Made by a program: the position numbers and the translations under genes. This document shows positions 15,000 to 26,400 of a stretch of 64,000 nt of DNA, in pieces (position 1 is the first letter of the stretch; every line of letters starts with the position of its first letter). This DNA is from Lingula anatina (lineage: Eukaryota; Animalia; Brachiopoda), in the NCBI GenBank assembly GCA_051362555.1, contig CM120641.1, positions 6,014,001-6,078,000 on the forward strand, in the 5' to 3' direction. The notes below the pieces were generated by a model. That model was given only the letters and a program-made list of their open reading frames with translations, had not been told where the DNA came from and searched no databases.

Positions 15000-16554
15000 A
15001 TGATCACGAAAGGTAACTTTAAAAAACATAGTTTTGTAGACATTTAGTTATCATTAGAGACAGCGAATTATAGATACCCTTTAACAGAAGAAATGGCTTC
15101 AAACTTAAAAGGACTATTAGCTTTATTAATGAAGATATATTAATGGATTTGTGATTTTATAATATCTTTTTACCAGATTAGTTTTCAGATTACAACATTA
15201 GAGGTCATATAGACTGCCTTAACAAAAAGGCTTTTAACCAAATAACCGTAACATGGTTTTCTATAAATGGTAAAACAATACCTTTTTAATCTCAGAATCA
15301 CATTTATTTCAATAAAAACTTTCGCAATCCAGGTTTGATGGTAGTTGTGATTCTATATATAAGCGTTGTGACATCAGACTCTGACTTCAACCCGTGTGAC
15401 GCTGTGAAGATGATTGAGGGCGCCTCTACCCCCTGTGTAGCTGCGGAAATATCTGACCAGTATTTCAATCCATGCGCTGGCTCGCAGCCCGCTGGAAAGA
15501 GCAAGCGTCATATTGGTACCAGACTGGTGAATCACAGGTTTTTGAAAAGGCCAGAACACAAAATTGGATTGCTATTGAATCAATTTGTAAGTTACTTTCT
15601 AATTAAAAATTCGTTTGTGGAAGAGATAAACAGAAAGCGGTGAATTATAAAGACTTTTTTTGCTAGAACTGAAAATAATACAGGTTAGGTGTATCAATTT
15701 GGTTTTAGGTTGATTAGTAAAAAGCTGATAATTTTCTTTTTGCAAGAACAGCAGAAGGTTATATAATGACAAAATTACACAATTTAAAAAACTTTTTGTT
15801 CTAGATCGGGCAGTTCGGCAACATAAGTATAGAACAGTCTAACTTTGATCCTTTCCCAGACGGAATCGTTTCGTGCTTGGAAAGGCATAGCAGCCACTGG
15901 TCAAAGGTACATCTCAGATTAATATTTTCATTGGAATTCTTTTTCTTAACCCTGCTCATTGTCATATGTCATATTTTTCGAAACATCTTTAATTGGAAGA
16001 ATATCAAAATGATTTTTGCCTTATGTAATATGTTGGTCTTAAAAATATTTTTTATTCGCTTAGTCCTATCATATTCTCTACTTCTATGGTCCTATGTACT
16101 TATTCAGAGTTCAATTCATCTGCATGCATTGTCTCATTTTACTACTTTCTCAAGGTTAAGTGATCCGTAAGCATACCTACGTTTAATATACGAAATAGAT
16201 GTGAGCGAATAAGTTAAATATTTTAATATATTCCAGGCATCTAAATGGGATAAGGCTTTCGATTGTCTTCACATGTTGTGGGTTCACTTGAGGGTGGTGC
16301 AGGCAAAAGAGAGAGAACTCCCTAAAATACATGTAGAGGATCTAGAAAATCTGAAAGAGTCAACAACCGATGTCATACAAGAAACAAGAGAACTGCTGTG
16401 TCGAATTAAAGTTAGCCGAGGAAAACCAAAACATTTTTGTGTTCCTGAAATTGAGATTCCCTGTACTCATAAATTGACTAGAGCCAATGTTTTAGACGCC
16501 GGTTATGCAGTTACTTATCGTTTGAATGAAACTCTGCACAGCTTGATCTATTAA
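15000..16554 (+). CDS. Secreted protein A, ~228 aa; putative Unpaired/IL-6-like helical cytokine
   Basis: Exons 15000-15012, 15333-15586, 15805-15906, 16237-16554 splice in frame (intron phases 1,0,0). Signal peptide MITKGLMVVVILYISVVTS; motifs YFNPCAG and TRELLCRIK. AATAAA near 16819. The gene model is well supported; the cytokine call is inference. Confidence 0.8.
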
Positions 16555-19020
16555 AGAATGGACTGTGGTCGTGGGGGATTTTCTCAAAACAGATCGAGTT
16601 CGAATTTGGTTCTGATGGAGACAATTTAAAAGTTTAAGTAGCTAGACTGATCTCACTCGGGAGGGACAAATCTCCAGTCTTTTTTTACAGATAATTGTTC
16701 TTATTTATAAAGATATCTCAGGTTTCATTGCATTTTTCAAACTGTATTTTTATATTGATATCTTTTACGCTTTTTTCTGTGATATTTTTAAATATATTTT
16801 TGTACTGTATTATTGACTAATAAAGCAGACTGAAAACGAAGCACATTTCTGGTTTGATTATGATATTTGCAAGTGTTTTAATACTAGACTAGGGAAATTC
16901 AAAACTTAAGGGCCATGCAGGGGCGCTTGTTTTAAACCTATAAGACATTAAGAATCGCGTCTTAGTCTATGGTTCCCTAAGAAGTTTGTCCAGTTACGGA
17001 CATATCACAATGGTTTATCCTCGCAGTTCTATCACATATTGAAAGAGAGTTACGTCACTTTGCGACTACCATGATAGATTGCTGATGTTTAACAAGATAA
17101 GCACAATAGTATGAGTGGCAACTTCAGTTTCATTTTTTTGTTGCATTAATCGAGCTGCTAAGAGAAAGTATCATTATATTAATTTCAGAAACGACGTAGG
17201 CCTTTTTTCTTTTCATTTCCTCTTATCCATTTAAGCAGCCTTGAGTCTCACTGTCCTTAAATAGAAATAATATTGATAAGGACATTTGGGAAGGAAGAAG
17301 TTGGCACGTGTCAGATATGAACCTCAGGGTAGGACAGAGAAGCAAAAATGAAACCACAGATATGCCAAATGCTATCGCTACTGTTCGTTTTGTCAAATTT
17401 ACACCTGCATTCCACCAATTATAGATATATTCAAACTAAAAGAACCTTAATTAAAATGAAACCAGTGGTGATTGGCGTTGTTCAGCAAAGCAATGGCGAT
17501 TCACGTTGCGAGCAACGGTGGCTTTTCTCCGTCTGTCAAACGATTCAAGGTAATTTTGTATCAATTAAAATTCATAATGATCATGATAATTATTTAGGGT
17601 CCAAAATCCAAAGGTATTCAATAGACTGCAGTGTGTAAAATATTAACCAAAGAATATCTATTTGAAATATACACATGAATAATTAAAAGTTAGTCATTTA
17701 TTTGTTAAGAAATATCCACTAAACAATAAAACACACAAGAGCCCTAAATTTCCAGTTGTAAAATTTATTTAAAAGCTAAATGTTCAATTCCTTTTAAAAG
17801 CTCTGAGGGGAAACTATAGGCTACGTAATGAAAATGGAAGTGCACTTCATTCGTTTGGTGCTGCTACCGCAAATGAGCCGTCCCATCTAACCTTACAAGG
17901 TATTGGAAACAGATGGTCAAATTACCGTGATTTGTGATGGGTGCATATTATGGTTCACTTAAGACATTATTGTAAAAAAATATAGAGGCGCAAATTAAAA
18001 GGTTTAAAATGTGCTCTTATGGGTAGTCAGTGAAGTTGTTGGACGATGAGCGTGGTGTGACTTTTGTAAGGCTAGCAGCGGTGATTTGAACGCACTGTAG
18101 ACGTTTGACTGTTTGACCTTTTCATGAGGACATCCATAGAGAAGAGGATGTGAATTTCCCCATCTAGATGTGACAAGGGCATTTATGACAGTAGCGGTAG
18201 AGGAATCAGTAAAATTATTTCTCAAGGGCACAAATTTTCTGGCGTGAAGCACGTAGGATGCAGAAATGTGGGATATTTAATGTCTGTCCCTAGATAAAAT
18301 TTGGTCTACATTAACACCTAGAAGCACTGACCACACTTTCACCAATCTTGACACGGAGGGGTTCTACATGGGCACTGGTTGTTTCATCAGTTCAGATGGT
18401 GAACGTAATGGTGGCACAGTTGCTTCCTCCAGAACTTCCAGTTTCTCATATTTACTCCGAATTTTCATAACACAGTTCAAGAGTACATCAATAATCATTT
18501 TATACTTTTAAAAATCCTCGATACGCTGATTGTACCATAAAGTCATATATAAAAGCGGTTATCTTGGTGCATTTTAGTAACTAGATAACCTTAGGTGTAA
18601 TAAATGCATGCAAATAAATATGAATACAAATGGTAAAAAAAAAACAAGAAAATTAGATTAAATAATTTTTATTCAACAACTAAAAAAGTAAAAAAAAAGT
18701 TCTTTAATGGATGACACGTGTAAAAAGACGCCAATCAAAAACTACTGAAAACAAAAAGCTCAATGTACAAAAATAAAATATTCAAAGTATAGGATGTAAA
18801 CGTGATATAATAAATCTTTTATTAGAGTAAAACAATAAGGCCACATATTCATAATAAAACGTACGCCTAAAAATATGCATTCACTTGGAATATATGACAA
18901 AAGTTCTATCAAAAAAAGAGATCATATCAAAAATATATGGTAAAAATACATGTATATTTGTAGATGCTAGAATTATATAATATTATACAATAGGATTTTG
19001 TAATCGGTGTGTAATTTTGT

Positions 19021-19397
19021 CTAAACACATCGACTCTCCAAAGCAGACACTAATGCAAAAGATTCGCCAAATGTTTCCATACTCTGAACCAACCAATCTG
19101 CAATGGTAAGCCTTTGAAGTCTCTTTCTTCTTTTTAAACCTCTTGAGAGTTTCCTGGGAGACAACCGCCTTATTTTAGGATTGGTCAGCTTTATCTTGCA
19201 CATCAGCTCAGGAATATCGCTGAACAGTCGACTAGGTCCTTGGAGGTTTCTTTTTATATGTCTGGGCAAATTATTCTTCGGGTCACAAAGACCCCTTAGG
19301 TCGTAGAACTTTTTGACAAGTTTTCGATAGATGCGTCCGCATTTGGGCTTCAAAAAGAAGAAAAGGGTGTTGCATTGCTAATAGTTGATAACTAGTT

Positions 19398-19446
<49 letters not shown>

Positions 19447-20651
19447 GGGAGCGTCTCAATAGTCTTCGGGCATATAAGTTCGAAATGCTGTTGGTCCGAA
19501 ACTTTTTTTTTTTTTTTTTTGTTTTTTCAGAGGCTCGTTGATCTGAAGGTTCAGTCAACAATTGCAAACAGTAAATTAAGGAGAACAAGAAGGGGTAATG
19601 ATGTTAAAAATGATTTTTTGCAAGAATGACCTTTCGGTCCAACTCTTTTTGGAAACTAAACCAATACTCCGAATTATTATTATCATTTTTTTGTTTCTTT
19701 TTGTTTTTTCGAGACACACCCTACAACGTTTACAATGTACATATTTGCATGCAAGTAAAATCTAAACAAGTAATAATAATAGTTAATAATAAGTAATAGT
19801 CACTTCTCCTTGTTTGTCCGAATTTTTCTCAGAGCACTGACGGTATTACTTCATCCCCTCACATATATTCCAGTCACTTTTCAGTTTGCTGAACATCGTC
19901 TCTAGAAGATATTATACTTCTAGTCCCTTGCCTACACTGGTCTATCGTTTCATTGTGTGAAAAGCTTCAGTGGCCAGACAATTTTCACGGTGCATGTAAG
20001 ATAAACAGTAAAAAAAGACCCACAATAAATTCGGCAACCGTAGGATGCGCCAACATATAGATAATATTATTGCGATAGTATTATTCAAGGCAGACTATAA
20101 TACTCACCCTTTTGTGTCGTCTTGTCAAACTTGGTAATGCCTCATTAGTGGCATTCCTCACCGATATCATACTCTGCAAGGTGAAAAATGAAATCAGTAT
20201 CAGTTACGATGCCCACTCTAAAAGAAAAACAGTTGTTGATCGAATTGCTCAGAATTGCTTCATTGTTAAGGCTCACATAATACATCACCAGTCACTCGAA
20301 AACGCAGTTGCAGTACGTGTGAGAGCGATGGATTGATCGATTCAGTTACATATAAACGCACGAGCTTTGACACTTTATGCTATTTATGGGTTTCGGTCTT
20401 CTTGTGAAGATCTGGTACGCAAGCCCGAAAAAGTCTCAGTAGTTTTAAAACTGGCGTTTAGATTTAAATTTTGACCCTTTTTTGTGTTCTGACCAAATAT
20501 CCACCCCTTCACGCGCGTATGTAAATATTTATCACAAAGGTGATTCATTCTTATCATATACATGTATACAAGAAGAATGAATCACCTTTATCGTACCCAC
20601 ATGATAGATGGGGGATTTCCCTAGTATTTTTCTGCTGGTGAGTTCTTGGTG

Positions 20652-20697
<46 letters not shown>

Positions 20698-21017
20698 TAG
20701 AGAATTTCTGCCGTAATTTTTAACAGGATAAGCACTTGATATCGAATAATTCTATGAACTTAGATAAATGTTCGATCTATGCTACTGCATACTTACGTAA
20801 CGATGATACACATTCCGCAGCTTTTTCTTGTATTTTCTGATTGAATGAAGCGCAACTGGAAAACGGACACCAACGTATCATAGGAAAATGTAACCAATAA
20901 CTAGCACATGATAATATGCATAATGATTTAAAACTATAACACATGCAAAAAATAGAATATATACAGGGGCGGATCCAGGACTATATGAAGGGGAAGGGGT
21001 CTGCGGATGCGAAGCCG

Positions 21018-21058
<41 letters not shown>

Positions 21059-21596
21059 TGGCGCCCCCCTAAATTTCCCCCCCTGACCCCCCCCCCTAAA
21101 TTTGCCACTGAAACATTACTTTTAAAATTCAGTCAAGTAAATGAAAACGCCATACCATGTCCTTACCAGCTCTATTTAATGTTATCTTTGTAGATGTGGG
21201 GGGCATTTGAATTAATTCTTTTGTTGTGGTTTTACCACCGCAAGGATTTACAAGACTACGGTAAAATGAATCTTCGTCAGGGCATTCATGGCTACTGTCG
21301 GTCAGAACGGACACAACCCCAAGTGAACATAAGACGATTGCGGCACCTAGATAAAACGTAATATTATAAACGCGTGTATGTATTAACATTTTTTAATTTG
21401 AAAAGTTTATTTAAAAATAAGTGTAAGATAGAATGATAAATTCATAATTGACTATATAACTGTGCAATGATCAGCAGTAAATTCATTCAAGATTGTATAA
21501 TTCATTAATTAACAACTAATTGCGATTTTCCAAACAATAGCGTTTGAAATGCGGAGATTAAGGACCTGTAAAAAAAAACTCACCTTCAATTTTCAT
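19021..21596 (-). CDS. Secreted protein B, ~214 aa; paralog of A; putative Unpaired/IL-6-like helical cytokine
   Basis: Exons 21596-21584, 21346-21167, 20855-20797, 20173-20108, 19347-19021 splice in frame (phases 1,1,0,0). Signal peptide MKIEGAAIVLCSLGVVSVLT; motifs LVNPCGG and IPELMCKIK; very basic C-terminal loop. Confidence 0.8.
19399..19443. repeat. (CA)n microsatellite
   Basis: Read directly; lies in the last intron of gene B. A (TA)n(CA)n compound repeat is at ~20653-20695. Confidence 0.95.
20964..21110. mobile_element. Short MITE-like element with internal poly-C tract, in an intron of gene B
   Basis: Starts caggggcggatccagg and ends aaatttgccactg (degenerate inverted end). Poly-C at ~21019-21055. 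Confidence 0.5.
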
Positions 21597-21681
21597 TCTT
21601 CTTGTTTTAAATAACTTAAATCATCCTAACACAAGTTTTTATAATCTACTCAGGTTTACATAAGAAAAAACATATTCTCAC

Positions 21682-21911
21682 CGAAATTCCCATTTTGTTT
21701 CCATCAGTTGGATCAGTGGGCGAAATGGAACGGTACAGATCTGTGTTACATTATACCCAGTATAGTGCGTGAAACTCAGGGGGATGTCTGTGAAACCCAG
21801 CAATGATGTCAGGGGAATACCGACTAAATCGTCACGATAATAGGTCACGAGTCGTCAGTGTCAACACAATTTGTATTTCACAGCACACAGCCTGACTGTT
21901 AGGGGATTTCC
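21682..21911. promoter_or_regulatory. Cluster of NF-kB-like sites plus a CRE-like site upstream of gene B
   Basis: GGGGATTTCC (21902-21911, full kB consensus), GGGGAATACC (21812-21821), GGGAATTTCG (minus, 21682-21691), TGATGTCA (21804-21811). TATAAAA on the minus strand at 21637-21643. Confidence 0.5.
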
Positions 21912-23405
21912 AAATAAAGCCAAGCTAGTCGTAGCGTATGAACATGACTAGTGAGCAAAAGGCGCTTGTCAGGATTTAGACGCTCGTGAATGACACTGCG
22001 CGATCAGGAAGAACAATTAAAAGCCCAGAGCTAATATCGAGAGCGAAAACTGCGTAAGGTTCTAAAATAGTCTGTTATAGGTTTTTCAACCGCTTTCCTT
22101 CGAAGACAATACTACATAAGTATTAAAATTACAAAGCTAGGGGATAAACAAGCTGTGCACAAATATAGTGTTACGTACATTGAATGTCACTGAAGTTTTA
22201 GTGAAATAATAACGGGGAAAAACATTTTGGAAAAACGACCGGTAAATTTATTTCATAGACGACGAAACACACACACATGTGCGAAAGATTCGAAGTGATA
22301 ATCTATTATAAATGTGTCCTTACTGATAGGGCCATACGGATATTTTCTTTTGTGTAGACCCATGTAAGCCTATTAATCTTATTGTCTTGAAAGAGGAAGG
22401 CATTTCTACACGTGTAGAATTTTCTTCGGAACGGCTTCCGTTCACCTGACCTCCGATCTAAACAGAAACTAGAAAATAGATCATTTTGTTGATATTTCCT
22501 TCAGTAAAAAATACTCCAAATATGCATAATTCTGAGCTACCGAGTTTGTTGATCACCACTCCCATTCTGATTTATTTGTAAACCGCCATTATTTATAAAT
22601 AAATAACTACGGTTCGTCACTTTTCAGTATCGCAAGAGTCATTTTGTAAGACTGATTTAATTTAATTTAATTCATTTAATTTATGGCCAAATCTTAAAGC
22701 AATATTTACAGTATTTAATGTGTGTTTCACATTTGATGAACGCCGGTTTCTTCATTGTAACACCTCCGCACAAATAAGGCCCCGAGCAGCAGGCATACAT
22801 ATGATTGTGAAAAAAAAAGAAACTAACACGCATCGGATTTGAAAGTTAACTGTTTAGAAGAAATTTGAAATTAAATTTACTTTCAATCTCCGATTTTCAA
22901 TCTATTTCTTCAGATTTGGATGCGTAGGTGGGGGAACGCTAAGAAAATGCTGCCGGTTTATCAGAGTTTGCCCCCGCAAAACCTGAATGCAATTGCAGTT
23001 TACCAATATAATACTGTACTGTTGCTTTAAAAAATAGCATGGCCTACAAATTGCTTAAAAAGATTTATATAATTTAATCTTTGCGATTTCATTGACTTTT
23101 GAAATTTGCTATAAAACACTGCTCTGTAAACAGTCTCATCACAGACTAAGATTCTGGCTCAATAAATTTCACCCCCAAATTCTGCAGAGCTCTAGTTTAC
23201 TGCGAGGATTGGTTGAGGTGGGAAATGACGTGGAACATTTAGCAAGAATAGGGCAGGCCATCTGGTGCCGAAATGTTTTAAAGAACTCAAATAAAAACTA
23301 GACACAACAGATGGTCTTAGAATAACACCAACAAGAGCTAAACTGGGAAAACAAGGGCAAACTCAATCGAATACACATAAGTTTGGAAATTCTTTTAAAG
23401 AAGAC

Positions 23406-26400
23406 ATGTACAGAATAAGTTTTTGCGGCGCCTTGGTGGTTGGTTTGATAGCGTTAACACAGATTTTGGCAAAAGAAGGTAGGTTGACACCTTAGGAATA
23501 ATTATATCTGAACGTTAAGATTGGTTTATTATTTTTCGATAGCATGGTTTACATGTAGGTACAGTTTTCACTCTTTCTTGGTTCTTTTGATCATTAGTTG
23601 CATCTTAGCACGCCGTTATCATCTTCCAATTAAGATTCCTACTATCATGTATGTACAGTTTTCACTCTTTAGTGACTCTTTTGATGATTTATACATTGCA
23701 TGTGGGCTTATTTTGCGAAAACGGCCCATTTAACGGGTTTGATATCATATTTGTTGTGATAGTCTTTTGGTTTATTGACTATTAAAACAGTTTTTTGTAA
23801 ATTTTTATGTTAAACATTAACGATAACTAATAATTAGCTGCATCTTAGCATCTTCTCATCTCTGCATCTTCCATCAATTAAGATTATTACTATTATATCG
23901 CTAGCTCTTGTATCATTTCATGATGTCTATTTTGTAAAAAAAAATGCAAAATATCTTAAGACGTGTTTTGTGTTCAGAGTCAACATTGAAAAATGCCCTC
24001 AGTAACGTGAAAAAGTTAAACAATCTTTAGAATGGGGTTAACATTTTCCAGAATTTTCTCCTCGAAGTTTGTCCTCAAAAAAGTCAATATTTTCCAGAAC
24101 TTCCTCCTTAAGGTAAAAAATAAGTAATGCCTCATGAAAACTGACTCTTTCTAATTAATACTTGGATTGCCGCCGTTTCTTACATAACCATCGAGTAAAA
24201 ATATACAAGTTGCACCAAAATGTGACGGGTAAGGAAAGGACAGACCGGCCAAAGTCAACGCGTGCAGTCGGATGTAATAGAAACGATGTATGATACACCA
24301 GATTATTTCACCACCCTCTCGTGATTCATGTGCCCGAGCCCCTTTTCTTCGACCGTAGAACATACTCTGTTCCGGCCAGTGACTATTTGTCACAACTTTT
24401 TCCGTGTTTTTTGCTAGTATGCTCTTGACGTTTGCAACTATTCTTAAAGATTTTATTTAGTATTCAGCGGTCAGTGTTGCCTGTCCCCAGACTTCCCGAT
24501 TTAATGTGTGGTCAGCGTCATTTACAATGAGATTAATTAGGTCTATAAAATTTCCATTTTTTTTCTCGGAAAAAGAAAAACGTCTGTCTGAATGCGAGGA
24601 GAAAGAACCCATATTTGAATAATGTACTCATTATCATGGTAGTGATGAGAATACAACGTAGATGTAACTTGTATCTTAGCAAAAACTCGGCATGTGGCAA
24701 TAACATAACACTAACGAGAGCTTAACCCGAAATATTTTGTTAGAAACCATCTGCAATTTTTTTTGTCTTTGTGTGAGCGCCTGTGCCAACAGCTATAACA
24801 CTAGGAAGTACAGAATAACAGACTGCCTATTCATCAAATAAACAGAGCAAAAGGCAAAACATAAATCGTAAAAACAGACAAGGCAAGATGTAGGGAAATT
24901 GTGTTGTAACGCACGTTTACAATACTTGAACCAATGCATGAAAAATGACACCGCTTGAACGCTTGAAAATTTGAATATATATTTTCCATATGTATGACAA
25001 TAACTTATTTTCATTGTGACTATTGTGAAAATGATGACGATTAAAGAAGACCATTAACAATGGTCTCAAGAAAGCAAATGTCACATATGATACCCAATTT
25101 TCGCTACGTAAAACGACTGTCACACTACAGCACGGCTTCAGGAAGGGATGAATAAATCTCATATCTAACGGTCGGTTCAAAGATGCCACCAGAAATTAAT
25201 ATGAAGAAAAAAAATTTAAAACCATCTTCCCATATATATTTATTCATGCAGTCATTAGTCCACCTACCTGCTTCTTCATATTTTTTCATTTATTTGTTCC
25301 CTTGTCACATATACTATAAATTCCTAGTGCATCTAGGCAACAACTGATTCCAATTTCATAATTAATGTTTATTTCTAATATTCTAGATCTCCCAGACAAC
25401 AAAGGACGCGAGTTTATCATCATCTTCCAGGAGAACAGTATAAAACGCCGCGGCCGTACCTCAGAGGAGCTTCAGCTGTTCCTCACCACAGACTACGAGA
25501 AAGACGTCTCCGTCAATATCAGCACCCCGTTAGTGCCGCGATCTCAAGTTAAACGGGTTGGTATTACAAAATAATGGCTGTATGTATACATTTTGACGTT
25601 TGAGTGACAATAATTTTACAACAAGTTTGGCAGATATCGAGTCGAGTCGAGGGCGTCAGCCGACGCCAACACGGGAAGCACTGATTGTTTCCCGCCACTC
25701 CTTCCGGTGCTCCATCAGTGTTTGCACTACGTCGTATATCTCATTCATTATCAGATATAAATTGATTTTATTTTTTTTGTGAAGTTAAATCCTTCAACTC
25801 ATTAGATAGGCGAGAACATACCATCTACATCTATGCCTAAAGTATTCCACATTTTTACTCTAAGGTCAGACAGAATGATTACTGGTTAATCTCATATCTG
25901 GCGACCCTCTGTAAACAGGGTATAGGCTGACATAATTTATTTTTATGTTTTTTTTTCAAAACTTATGATGTTTAACGAGCATACAGCTAAATGTTAGGGT
26001 CAGTTTTTTGAGTAGGAAGATTTAAGAAATGAAGCCGAACGTCAGTTGCAATTTTTTTTATCATTTACCAAACCAATACTGAATGCATTTTCTTCCATTT
26101 AAAAAAATAGGTGCGAAAAAAAATCTGATTTCTTTAAAATAAAGGTCGGTCGTACTCGTGTACTAATTTATCGAATTTATCTGGCCTATATTACAAGGGA
26201 ACCTTAGTCCGACTTCACTTAAGTTTCGATTCCATAGATTTTATTTCTCATTTAGGTACATGTACAACGAGGTAGCATGACGGAGGTGAGCCTCTCGGCA
26301 AATATTCAATTAGAAGGCACGAAAAAAGAGAACAAAGGCATCTTGATAACAGCAGAAGAAGAAATCGTTGTTTATGGTGCTAACATACTCAGTATGAGTA

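Noticed and set aside
19396-19629. His/Thr-repeat ORF, and the poly-Gly (20878-21108) and poly-Leu (8667-9035) ORFs
   Set aside because: Artefacts of microsatellites and homopolymer tracts.
19810-19905. Possible extra exon of gene B
   Set aside because: Stops in the candidate frames, and the model is already in frame without it.
21347-21389. ATG at 21389 as the start of gene B (ORF track)
   Set aside because: A good acceptor at 21347 and a 13-nt upstream exon mirroring gene A give a better model, though use of this ATG cannot be excluded.
23593-23895. Imperfect ~55-bp direct repeat (attagttgcatcttagca...attaagatt) in intron 1 of the IgGFc-domain gene
   Set aside because: Old local duplication with no evident function.
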